Translations under genes and position numbers: made by a program
Notes under the pieces: generated by a model
Told to the model about the DNA's origin: nothing
The model's database searches: none
What the model saw: only the letters and a program-made list of their open reading frames with translations
NCBI GenBank assembly: GCA_051003195.1
Contig: JBPCLP010000033.1
Span: forward strand, 34,821-98,820
DNA from: Candidatus Sumerlaeaceae bacterium
GTDB lineage: Bacteria; Sumerlaeota; Sumerlaeia; Sumerlaeales; Sumerlaeaceae
Reading direction: 5' to 3'
Length of the DNA: 64,000 nucleotides
In this document: positions 47,477 to 56,431 of the stretch, piece after piece
How positions within the stretch are numbered: the stretch's first letter is position 1
Layout of the letters: each line of letters opens with the position of its first letter

Positions 47477-47959
47477 ATGTTACAGCTATTCGTCGATGCG
47501 GACGCGTGTCCTGTGAAAGAGGAGGCCTATCGCGTCGCGGAACGCCACTCGATGGTTGTGTATGTCGTCACCTGTCAGCAAATGCGAGACCCCGGCCGAC
47601 CGGATGTGACGATGATGTGTGTCCCCGCCGGTCCGGACCTGGCTGATGACTGGATCGCAGAACACATCCAGCCAAACGACATCTGTGTATCCGACGATAT
47701 TCCGCTGGCGGCGCGTTGCACGCGTAAAGGTGCGGTGGTGGTGAACGCGCGGGGGCGGCTGCTGCATGATGGCAACATTGGCGAAGCGCTGGCCACTCGC
47801 GACCTGCTTGAGGGGCTGCGTAGCAGCGGCGCTCTCAGCGAAGGTCGCGGCGGCGGCGGTCCGGCGCCGTACACCCGACGTGACCGGTCCCGGTTTCTCG
47901 AGCAGCTTGAAGCCACCGTGCGTTCCATCCAGCGCAAGCACACTTCCGCAAAAATCTGA
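47477..47959 (+). CDS. YaiI/YqxD (UPF0178) family protein
   Basis: FVDADACPVKEE, ADDWI, DIPLAAR and GGPAP motifs. Confidence 0.93.
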   Translation: MLQLFVDADACPVKEEAYRVAERHSMVVYVVTCQQMRDPGRPDVTMMCVPAGPDLADDWIAEHIQPNDICVSDDIPLAARCTRKGAVVVNARGRLLHDGNIGEALATRDLLEGLRSSGALSEGRGGGGPAPYTRRDRSRFLEQLEATVRSIQRKHTSAKI

Positions 47960-48059
47960 TCGACCCGGACTTGCAGTCGTTCCGAAAGCATTGCCAATAA
48001 ACAAGCTGCCCGGAAGTACCAACTTGTGAAACAAATCACAAACTCCGGAGCACACTTAC

Positions 48060-49229
48060 TTGTCCGCAGCCCTGGATAGCGCCGCGCCAGAAGCAGCTGT
48101 CGAACGCCGGGAAACGTCCTCCCTGCCGTCATTCGTAGAAGCGCAGCTTTCACGTTCCGGCTTGGGTTCGATCTTCGAGAAGGTCATGGCAGGGGAGCGA
48201 CTCTCCTTCGAGGACGGAGTGCAACTCTACGAGACACGCGACCTGCTGTCGGTCGGCGCCCTGGCGAATATCGTTCGCGAGCGCAAGAATGGCAACGTCG
48301 CCTACTTTAACCGCAACCTTCATATTAACTATACGAATATCTGCAACAAGCTCTGCCTGTTCTGCGCGTTCGACCGTCTCCCTGGCCAGGAAGGCGGCTA
48401 CACGATGTATGAGAAAGACATCGAGGAGAGATTCGCGCAGTGGGAAGGCGTAGACATCAGCGAAGTGCACATGGTAGCCGGGATCAATCCAAAGCTCCCG
48501 TTCAGCTACTACACAGATCTCCTGCGCACGGTCAAACGGATCCGGCCCGACATCCACGTGAAGGCGTTTACGATGATCGAGCTGGCGCAGATGGTGAAGC
48601 TTTCAAAAATGAGTGTCCCGGATACCCTGTTCGCGCTGAAGGATGCAGGTCTCGATTCGTGCCCGGGCGGCGGTTGCGAGGTTCTCAGCGATCGTGTGCA
48701 CAAGGAGCTTTTTCACCTGAAGCTTGGACCCAGGCAGTGGCTGGAAATGCAGCGCGCGGTGCACAAGTGCGGTCTCCGCAGCAACGCAACGATGCTTTAT
48801 GGTCACATCGAAACAATTGCAGAGCGCGTGAATCATTTCATCCAGCTTCGCGAACTGCAGGATGAAACCGGCGGGTTTCAGACCTTCATCCCACTGGCGT
48901 TTCACCCCGATAACACCGAGATGGCCGACCTGCCGCCCACCACCGGCTTTGACGACCTGAAGAACATCTCGGTTGCACGGCTGATGCTCGACAACTTTGC
49001 GCACATCAAGGCGTTCTGGATCATGATCAGCCCGAAGCTGGCACAGGTTAGCCTGAGCTTCGGGTGCGACGACATGGACGGCACCGTGCTGGAAGAAAAA
49101 ATCACGCACGAAGCCGGCGCGCTGACGCCGCAGGGGCTCACCCTCGACGAGCTCGTCCGCCTCATCAAGGAAGCGGGCCGCGAACCCGTCGAGCGCGATA
49201 CGCTGTACAATGTGCTGGCACGGTACTAA
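48060..49229 (+). CDS. mqnE: aminofutalosine synthase (radical SAM, futalosine menaquinone pathway)
   Basis: NYTNICNKLCLFCAF (CX3CX2C), HVKAFT..E, PGGG.E, NATMLYGHIE, FIPLAFHP and HIKAFWIM (MqnE-type rather than MqnC-type). Confidence 0.9.
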   Translation: MSAALDSAAPEAAVERRETSSLPSFVEAQLSRSGLGSIFEKVMAGERLSFEDGVQLYETRDLLSVGALANIVRERKNGNVAYFNRNLHINYTNICNKLCLFCAFDRLPGQEGGYTMYEKDIEERFAQWEGVDISEVHMVAGINPKLPFSYYTDLLRTVKRIRPDIHVKAFTMIELAQMVKLSKMSVPDTLFALKDAGLDSCPGGGCEVLSDRVHKELFHLKLGPRQWLEMQRAVHKCGLRSNATMLYGHIETIAERVNHFIQLRELQDETGGFQTFIPLAFHPDNTEMADLPPTTGFDDLKNISVARLMLDNFAHIKAFWIMISPKLAQVSLSFGCDDMDGTVLEEKITHEAGALTPQGLTLDELVRLIKEAGREPVERDTLYNVLARY

Positions 49230-49319
49230 TGTGCCGAATCAAGTAGTTCCTTACCAAGGCCAAAGGTGCGGACCTCGATTCGGCACACAGAACTGATTAC
49301 GAACTAACGGTAGATCACA
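49230..49319 (+). mobile_element. family 1 miniature element, copy F
   Basis: Starts immediately after the mqnE TAA (CTAA|TGTG...CACA|CCAG). Confidence 0.75.
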
Positions 49320-49336
49320 CCAGTATGCTGTCTCAG

Positions 49337-49615
49337 AATTTTCGCGGCATAATTCCAGGATTCCGGCTTTTTGGAATCCGCAGCCCTCAGGTTTTTTACC
49401 CCGAAGGAATTTTCACGGCATAATTCCAAGGATTCCGGCTTTTTGGAATCCGCAGCCTTCAGATTTTTGCACCGAAGGAATTTTCGCATAATTCCTTTCA
49501 CGTTTTTTGCACCGAAGGTGCAGCGGAACACAGCCCAGGGAAAGGAGGCCACGGCTTTTTGTGGCCGACGCAGCCCTGGGTTACAGCACCCCATTTTTCG
49601 CGCCCTGAAGGGGCG
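49337..49615 (+). repeat. array of hairpin units, family 4: two 71-bp direct repeats, a partial unit and a REP-like AGCCCAGGG/CCCTGGG...GCCCTGAAGGGGC element
   Basis: Units 49337-49407 and 49408-49478 are near-identical; the third unit shares the GGCTTTTT loop, CGCAGCCCT and GCACCGAAGG. Confidence 0.8.
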
Positions 49616-49639
49616 CCGGAAACCGAGAATAGATACGGT

Positions 49640-51271
49640 CTAGCGGTTCGAGTAGTACATCTTGAAGGCCACGGCTGAATTTTCCGGCAATAGCAGTCCA
49701 GGCTCGCCTGCAATTTGGGCCTTCGAGTCGGCGAGGCCTCTCTCCATCAGGTAAATGGCCGGGTAGTCATGGTTCGGAATGCTCGAAGCCGGGACGCCCA
49801 CGATCTCGGAAGTGTAAAAGAGTTTGGAGCCAGCCGTAAAATGGGTCAGGAACGACCCAGGCGCCTGCTCCAGGTTCAGTATTTCGATGCGCTCTGCGCG
49901 GCGGCAGTGCTCCAGCAGGACGAAGTTGCGGCTGCCGAAACTGCCCGCGTACAGTGTGTGCGCCGGGGCGGACGAAATTACGTCGGGCAGGCGTGCGTGT
50001 GCCCAATCGACGTACGCCTGGTTCAGTCGGTGATGATGCAGGACGGAACGGGTTGAGCGGAAGATCGTATGGCTTTTCAGCAGCGGTGAGTTTCGCGTCT
50101 CGGCTATGCGCCCGGCCAACGGCAGCAGCAACGTGCCCAGCAGTGAGACGCAAATAGCCGCAATACTGGCGGTGCTCTGCTTTGCGAATCCAGCAGCATG
50201 CCATAGCACGGGTATTAGAAGGGCGGTCGCATACAACGGATGCAGAAAGCGGCGGGCTGGCTGCAGGTTCCCCGCAGCAAAAAGCCAGGTAGGCAACACG
50301 AGCACGGTGAGGATCACAAGAATCTGCCAGCGTCCGCGCAACAGCGCCACGAGCAGGGCTGCTGCAACGAGCAGTGCACTGGGAAGTCCGAACGCGAATA
50401 CCAGTTCGAGCAGCCCGTCGCGCACTGCAATGCTGCGCTGGAAATGCATCACGATCTGCCAGAGGCGCTCCAAAGCATTGGATCCGCCTGCCCGCGTCAT
50501 CGCAGGAACCAGCAGTCCGGCCGTAACTACAGATGCGAGGAGCGCCGAGACCGTCGCTGCAAGCGCGAGCACCCCGGCGCGAAGCGGCCTCACACGCGCT
50601 GCTATCGCTGCCAGCAGTGCCACACCGGGATAAAGCGGATATACGTCAGCCCGCAACAACCCGGCAGACGTTAGAGTTAAAAACGCGCCGATAAACCATA
50701 GTGCTGCCGGCCTCGGACGCAGATTATCAAGGCTGCGTACGGCCTGAAGAACGAATAATGCGCCGGCGAGCCACGCGCTGATGCTCACGCTTACAGGATG
50801 CCCGTAAGTCGAGTATTCTAACACGACCGGACTGCAGGCGACGAACACCGCGGCGATGGTTGCCGGCACCCGGTTCGAGTAGAATCTGCTGACCAGGTAG
50901 AGGAGGCCAATGCCCACGGCGCTGCACCACCAGGAAAGGAGATTCATGGAGAAAATCAATTGCAGTACAGGCAGCCGGGCAAAGCGCTGAAGGAGCATAA
51001 AGACTCCGTAGTACAGCGGCTGCCCTTCCGGGATGTAGAGCAACGGCTCACCCAGGTAGTTTCCGCTTAAAACGCCCTGGTACGTAGCTACTGCCATCGC
51101 GATCGAGTCGGGTTCTCCCATCCCTTTGCGGTACAGGAACGGTAAAGTAAGCGCACCGAAGACTGCTATCAGTGCTACGCCAAGGGCGTAGTCCCGCCGC
51201 GAAAAGGCGGGTACAGCGCCAGCCCAGGTGGTCGACTGCATTTGTTTTGCCGCGCGTTCCTGTACTCGCAT
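49640..51271 (-). CDS. polytopic membrane protein, GT-C-fold glycosyltransferase-like
   Basis: About 10 or more TM helices; acidic motif (EPDS) after TM1; RFLHPL motif in a late loop; soluble C-terminal domain. Confidence 0.65.
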   Translation of the reverse strand: MRVQERAAKQMQSTTWAGAVPAFSRRDYALGVALIAVFGALTLPFLYRKGMGEPDSIAMAVATYQGVLSGNYLGEPLLYIPEGQPLYYGVFMLLQRFARLPVLQLIFSMNLLSWWCSAVGIGLLYLVSRFYSNRVPATIAAVFVACSPVVLEYSTYGHPVSVSISAWLAGALFVLQAVRSLDNLRPRPAALWFIGAFLTLTSAGLLRADVYPLYPGVALLAAIAARVRPLRAGVLALAATVSALLASVVTAGLLVPAMTRAGGSNALERLWQIVMHFQRSIAVRDGLLELVFAFGLPSALLVAAALLVALLRGRWQILVILTVLVLPTWLFAAGNLQPARRFLHPLYATALLIPVLWHAAGFAKQSTASIAAICVSLLGTLLLPLAGRIAETRNSPLLKSHTIFRSTRSVLHHHRLNQAYVDWAHARLPDVISSAPAHTLYAGSFGSRNFVLLEHCRRAERIEILNLEQAPGSFLTHFTAGSKLFYTSEIVGVPASSIPNHDYPAIYLMERGLADSKAQIAGEPGLLLPENSAVAFKMYYSNR

Positions 51272-51550
51272 TAGAAGCTACTCGGGGTTAGGCTTCTTCT
51301 AAACGCAATGTTCTAAAACCTTGCGCGAGCAGCGCGATTCGAACACCTGAAAAGAAAATTTAAGCCGCTCATGTGGAGAACCTGTGAGGAGGCTGTTTGG
51401 AACTTGGGCCAGCCTGTTGGTTAACTCGAGTTGCCTCTGGAAAAGGCGGTTTTCTGACCCTGGATTGCTGTTTCTCATTGCGAACCGAAAGGCGATAAGG
51501 GAGGCTCGGATTTCGGCTATTACCTGATCCTGTAGGAGCGCTCTCTCCCG

Positions 51551-53023
51551 ATGAATAAGCCACTAATGAACGGTAGCCCTGGCCGGGTTATCGATGCAAC
51601 TTCCGCCGCTGCCCAAGCGGCCCCTCCATCCAGCGGCGATGCTGAGAAGGCGGTTCTCGGCTCGATGATTCTCGATGCCGAACAGATCGAAATCGTCGTC
51701 GGCATTCTCAGGCCAGAATCGTTCTTCCACTCACGCCACCGGCACCTGTTCACTGCCATCGTGGAATTGAACGAGAAGGGCGTTCACGTTGATTTTACAA
51801 CCCTGATTGATGAGATGCGTCGGCGGCACCTGCTCGAGGAAGTGGGTGGGCCCGGTTATATTGTCGCGCTCGAACAGCAGGTATTCTCGACTGCGAATGC
51901 GGCCGATCACGCGAAGATTGTGCAGCGCAAGCACCAGCTGCGCGAACTCATCCACATCACGGATGTAATTCGCGAAGAGGCGATCACCGAGCGCGAAGAC
52001 GTCGACCAGATTATCGACGGCGCGGAGAAAATGATCTTCGACCTGAGCGAGCAGCGCACCACACGCGACTTCCAGGACGTCGGCACCCTGACCATCGAGA
52101 CCATTGACGAGATCGACCGCCGCGCCTCCTCCACGCATGAGCTCACCGGTGTGTCGACAGGCTATGACCAGCTGGATGAGTGGACGGGCGGGTTGCAGAA
52201 GTCCGACCTGATCATTCTCGCGGCGCGTCCTTCCATTGGTAAGACCGCGTTCGCGCTGAACATGGCTATTAATATCGGTGCGGGATTCCGCAACCGGCAG
52301 GTACACCCGGAAAAACAGCGCTGCGTCGGAGTGTTCTCGCTGGAAATGAGCGCACCCCAGATCAACATGCGCCTGCTCTCAACGCTGAGTGAAGTGCCGA
52401 TGCACCACATGCGTACCGGCAAGATGATACAGCGGGACAAGAATCGCCTGCACCAGTATGCGAGGCAACTCCATGGCGTACCTATCTACATTGACGATAC
52501 GCCGGGAATCTCGGTTTTAGAACTTCGCGCTAAAGCGCGCAGGCTTGCCGCAATGCGCCCCGACCTGTCGCTGATCATTATAGACTACCTGCAACTGATG
52601 CGCGGCAGCGGATTGCGCAGTAACGACAACCGGCAACAGGAGATTTCTGAGATTTCGCGCTCCCTGAAGTCGCTCGCGCGCGAATTGAACATCCCGATCC
52701 TGGCGCTCAGCCAGCTCAGCCGTCTGATCGAACAGCGCAAAGGTAAGCACGCCCGCCCCATCCTCAGCGATTTGCGCGAATCCGGCGCAATCGAACAGGA
52801 CGCGGACGTTGTTATGTTCCTGCACCGCGAGAAGAACTTCGACCGCAAGGACGATGACGACGAGGAGCGCAGCAAGGCGGACATTGTTGCCGAACCTGCA
52901 GAGCTGATCATTGGAAAGCAGCGTAACGGACCGATTGGAGTCATCGACCTCGTGTTTTTCCGCGAAACCGCTACGTACCATAACCTCGCGCGGCAGTTTG
53001 ACAACGATAACCCCGGGTTCTGA
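51551..53023 (+). CDS. dnaB: replicative DNA helicase
   Basis: AEKAVLG, LIILAARPSIGKT, FSLEMS, IIDYLQLM, LSQLSR, SDLRESGAIEQDAD and KQRNGP motifs. Confidence 0.98.
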   Translation: MNKPLMNGSPGRVIDATSAAAQAAPPSSGDAEKAVLGSMILDAEQIEIVVGILRPESFFHSRHRHLFTAIVELNEKGVHVDFTTLIDEMRRRHLLEEVGGPGYIVALEQQVFSTANAADHAKIVQRKHQLRELIHITDVIREEAITEREDVDQIIDGAEKMIFDLSEQRTTRDFQDVGTLTIETIDEIDRRASSTHELTGVSTGYDQLDEWTGGLQKSDLIILAARPSIGKTAFALNMAINIGAGFRNRQVHPEKQRCVGVFSLEMSAPQINMRLLSTLSEVPMHHMRTGKMIQRDKNRLHQYARQLHGVPIYIDDTPGISVLELRAKARRLAAMRPDLSLIIIDYLQLMRGSGLRSNDNRQQEISEISRSLKSLARELNIPILALSQLSRLIEQRKGKHARPILSDLRESGAIEQDADVVMFLHREKNFDRKDDDDEERSKADIVAEPAELIIGKQRNGPIGVIDLVFFRETATYHNLARQFDNDNPGF

Positions 53024-53048
53024 TCCACCAGGCGACTCACGAAGCAAC

Positions 53049-56000
53049 TCAGTCTGAAAACAATCTGTGCTCCACCAGGTTGCTGAGGAACCGTTTCGCG
53101 ACCGGGTCTTCCGCGAGGAGCAAGCTGCTGAAGATCGCGCGGCCTTTCCCGACCTGCACTTCGAACACTGGCCACGTCGTTATATCCGCTACATCTTTTT
53201 CCTTAATGTAGGCGTGAGGCTGGATATGCTGTACAAGGTGCCGCACGTTGCTCGTTTCGGGCAGTCGGTAGCTGGTATCACATACCCGCACCTGGTCTCC
53301 GTCCCGTGCATTCCACCAGTGCATGTCCATGGGATCGAGCCCTTCCAGCAGGTCCGTTCGCAATACGTCGGCAAAGTCCCCATTCACGCGCACAACTTGC
53401 ACAGCGGGGAGATAACTTTGAAGTGCTGCTGCCATGGTATTTGCGAGAGGGACCGTTGTGCCTTTTGGATCCCGCAGTTCTCGCCATGGCTCCAGGAACA
53501 GCATGCGTCCGCCATTTTCCAGGAATTGCCGAACGGCATCTGCGTTACCAGCATTCTTCATATCCTGGTCGGCACTCACAATTATCGGAACCGTCGTCGC
53601 GTCCAGGTCGGCGTGCAAATATGGCTGTGCGTCGTATCCCAGTCCGTTCAGATATTGGAGAGCACCGCTGCCCTGTTCCAGAACCGAAACTTCGCGACGC
53701 GCCGCCTGCTTGTCCACGGCAAATCCCAGCAGATCGTACTCGTTCTCAGATACGCGCTTCTGGCCTGAGAATAAATCCAGTCGCAGCGAGAGCTTGCTGC
53801 GGGGCTTAGCCAACACATCTGGAATAACGAACTCCGCCGTCTCGGAAGTTTTGGAATCGTAGGCACAATCCCTAATTGGTATCGTCCCGCTGGTGCCCGG
53901 TTCATCCTGCTGTCCGAAAATGCGCCAGCGGAGTTGCAGGTTGGTCAGCAATTCACGATCAGAATCATCATTCACCACGACAACGGCGGATGAGAAGCGC
54001 GCTCCCGCGTTAAAGTGCCGGTCAGCCGATTCCAGGCTCACCAGCACCGGCTGCAGCGCATAACGTGCGCTCCAATACACCGGCCAGGGTGTTATGCGCT
54101 CGGCATCGTACACGTCACGAAACCAGCAGCAATTTGCGAAGATATTCCAGCCGTCGAGGCGAGTATTATCGCGACGGATTTTCTCCTCCGTCTCCTTGGT
54201 AATCAGCGCATGCGTTTCCAGGAACATGTCTGGCCGTGCTGAGTACAACGCGTGCTGGCCCACCCATATCTGCGGCGTGCGGTGCAGTGTGATATAGGAT
54301 CGTGATGAATGCCCGGTATCATTGTCGGGATATCCGGTGCTCGCTTCCTGGCTGATATGCGGGCGGTCTGGGCTGCCGCGGGCGCTCTCCACGTCTTTCT
54401 GCACATCGAGGTGAAAAGGCGACTGCGCATACCAGCCATAGTAGTGGTGTGTGTCGTCGATGTCCCCGTCATCAAATCCGTTCGGCTTCAGAATTTCTTC
54501 GTAGTCCCTGGGAATACGTGCGTACCCGCTGTGAAATACGATGGGAATGTCGGGCACAAAAGCACGCGTGCGCCTGATCACCTCGTCGAACAGTCGAAAC
54601 TTTTTCAGTTTGCGCGCGCCACTGGTGTCTTTGTCGCCCTGGAAATGACTTTCGTTCGAGATCGTCATGATCATCAGGCTTGGATGATTGCGGTTCTGGC
54701 GGGCAATCGCTTCCATCTCCTCGATCCACAGCAACTGAAGCTCCCGCGAAGGGAGTTCGCTGTTACCCAGGCCGATCCAGGGCCAGCTTCCCTCGATGCT
54801 CACGCCGACGCCATACTCGTCCGCGGCATCCATCCAAACGCTGGGCGGAGGACACATGTGAAAGCGTGTAACCATCTGGTTCCCGTCATGCATCAGCTTC
54901 ATGAACTTTGCGGCGAGCGCGCTATCATTGGGCCGCAGTCCAGCGGGAGGCATGTTTGCACCGCGCAGAAAGTACGGTTTCCCGTTCAGCCACAGCTTGC
55001 CTGCTCGCGCTTCAAAAGTTCGGAAACCGACTGTCGTATAGCGCTCGTCCACCAGCTCATCGCCGCGACGCAATTCCGTGCGCAGGCGATACAGGTTCGG
55101 GTGCTCCGGTGACCAGAGCTTCGGCTGCAATCCTGAGATCGTCGTTACTGCCGTTGCGGATGTGCCAGACGCCGCTCCGGCTGGAAGGGCTGTCTCCCAC
55201 TCGGACCGGCCGCTGACGCGGTCACTCAGCCGGTGTTCCCACACTGGCTTGCCGGCCAGTGTACGATGGGCATCGGCCAGGATGGTATGTCGGACAGTAA
55301 GTGCTCGTTCGCGCTTATTGGCCTTCTTAGGCACCTCAGCCGACATGTGTAATTGGGTCTCAATTGTTGCCCCGTCGAGCCGTGGCTGGAAGTACACGTC
55401 TGCAATGTACGTTGGTTCTCTAATGAACAGTGTGACTGGTTGCCAGATACCTGCCATGCCTGCCCGAAACGTGGTGTGCGGCAACGAATTAAGGGTTTCG
55501 CTTGTGACGGGCATGGTCACAGCCACTTCTGCGACTTCGTTTGCGGCTTTAGGATCGGCGCCGGCGGAAGCAACATGCACGGCAAGCAGATTCGATTCCC
55601 CAAACTTCAGATACTGAGTCGCGTCACACTCAAATCTCCCGAACATTCCGACGTGTGAGCCAATCTTGTGGCCATTCCAATACACGTCCGCAAGACTTGC
55701 GACCGCCTGAAACTGCACAGACAGGCTTTTGCCCTTCAGGTCCGCCGGCACGCTTATCCACTGCCTGTACCAGCCTGCCTTTGTAGCCGTGGTATTGAAT
55801 GTGATGTTGGCGCAGCGTTCCTCTTCGAGGTGTGTAAATCGGTGGGATGTCCCACGACCGCGGTAATAGATCCACCACTCAATCTCGTTCCAGGAATTGG
55901 GAACGTCGAGCACATGCCAGTCCGTATCGGGCTTCTGTGGATCGGCCGCGCCTGAAAGCTCCTTCTCCTGGTCTGGAGCGAAGAGCCAGTTTCCCGAGAG

Positions 56001-56153
56001 CTCAATGGCATCGTTAATGCCATCGGGATTGCGAAGCTCAACTGGCTGATACACCGAGCGCATCAGGCTGCGGCGCTCCTCCAGAGTCGCGGCTCTACTA
56101 CAGGCGCACAAGGCGACCAGCAGCAGAATTGTACCGGCAATCCTTGCGTTCAC
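53049..56153 (-). CDS. secreted glycoside hydrolase family 2
   Basis: Signal peptide; LSGNWLF, GWYRQ, WNGHKIGSHVGMF, LWSPEHPNLY, VGFRTFE, LNGKPYFLRG and RNHPSL..ISNES motifs. Confidence 0.9.
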   Translation of the reverse strand: MNARIAGTILLLVALCACSRAATLEERRSLMRSVYQPVELRNPDGINDAIELSGNWLFAPDQEKELSGAADPQKPDTDWHVLDVPNSWNEIEWWIYYRGRGTSHRFTHLEEERCANITFNTTATKAGWYRQWISVPADLKGKSLSVQFQAVASLADVYWNGHKIGSHVGMFGRFECDATQYLKFGESNLLAVHVASAGADPKAANEVAEVAVTMPVTSETLNSLPHTTFRAGMAGIWQPVTLFIREPTYIADVYFQPRLDGATIETQLHMSAEVPKKANKRERALTVRHTILADAHRTLAGKPVWEHRLSDRVSGRSEWETALPAGAASGTSATAVTTISGLQPKLWSPEHPNLYRLRTELRRGDELVDERYTTVGFRTFEARAGKLWLNGKPYFLRGANMPPAGLRPNDSALAAKFMKLMHDGNQMVTRFHMCPPPSVWMDAADEYGVGVSIEGSWPWIGLGNSELPSRELQLLWIEEMEAIARQNRNHPSLMIMTISNESHFQGDKDTSGARKLKKFRLFDEVIRRTRAFVPDIPIVFHSGYARIPRDYEEILKPNGFDDGDIDDTHHYYGWYAQSPFHLDVQKDVESARGSPDRPHISQEASTGYPDNDTGHSSRSYITLHRTPQIWVGQHALYSARPDMFLETHALITKETEEKIRRDNTRLDGWNIFANCCWFRDVYDAERITPWPVYWSARYALQPVLVSLESADRHFNAGARFSSAVVVVNDDSDRELLTNLQLRWRIFGQQDEPGTSGTIPIRDCAYDSKTSETAEFVIPDVLAKPRSKLSLRLDLFSGQKRVSENEYDLLGFAVDKQAARREVSVLEQGSGALQYLNGLGYDAQPYLHADLDATTVPIIVSADQDMKNAGNADAVRQFLENGGRMLFLEPWRELRDPKGTTVPLANTMAAALQSYLPAVQVVRVNGDFADVLRTDLLEGLDPMDMHWWNARDGDQVRVCDTSYRLPETSNVRHLVQHIQPHAYIKEKDVADITTWPVFEVQVGKGRAIFSSLLLAEDPVAKRFLSNLVEHRLFSD

Positions 56154-56218
56154 TTATCTCTATCGCCATGCGAACTTTTCCGCTGACAACCGAAAACCGG
56201 CGCGCTCACCTGCCTTGC

Positions 56219-56422
56219 ATGAAATACGTAGCCCGGATATCCGTTCTCGAACGCCATCCCGACGGCACCTCGCGGCAGTTTTTAGCCACTCAAGTGGTCG
56301 ACGATCACACGACGGTGCGTGACCTGATGCAGTGGCGCGAGATGAAGGTGCATGACCCAATCAACGGCGAGTACGCCAGCCGCGAAATTATACTTACGCC
56401 CAACGACGCCGATATCGACTGA
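56219..56422 (+). CDS. small hypothetical protein (67 aa)
   Basis: Fills the gap between the divergent GH2 gene and the convergent lon; protein-like composition MKYVARISVLERHPDG...; no clear SD. Confidence 0.5.
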   Translation: MKYVARISVLERHPDGTSRQFLATQVVDDHTTVRDLMQWREMKVHDPINGEYASREIILTPNDADID

Positions 56423-56431
56423 AACGCCGAC

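Noticed and set aside
48060..49229. This radical SAM enzyme as the maturase of the putative RiPP precursor
   Set aside because: Its motifs identify it as MqnE of menaquinone biosynthesis. It has no RRE or SPASM domain and is 14 kb away.
51551..53023. Intein in dnaB, or in lon or topA
   Set aside because: Lengths are normal, motifs are contiguous, and no intein splice-junction or LAGLIDADG motifs are seen.
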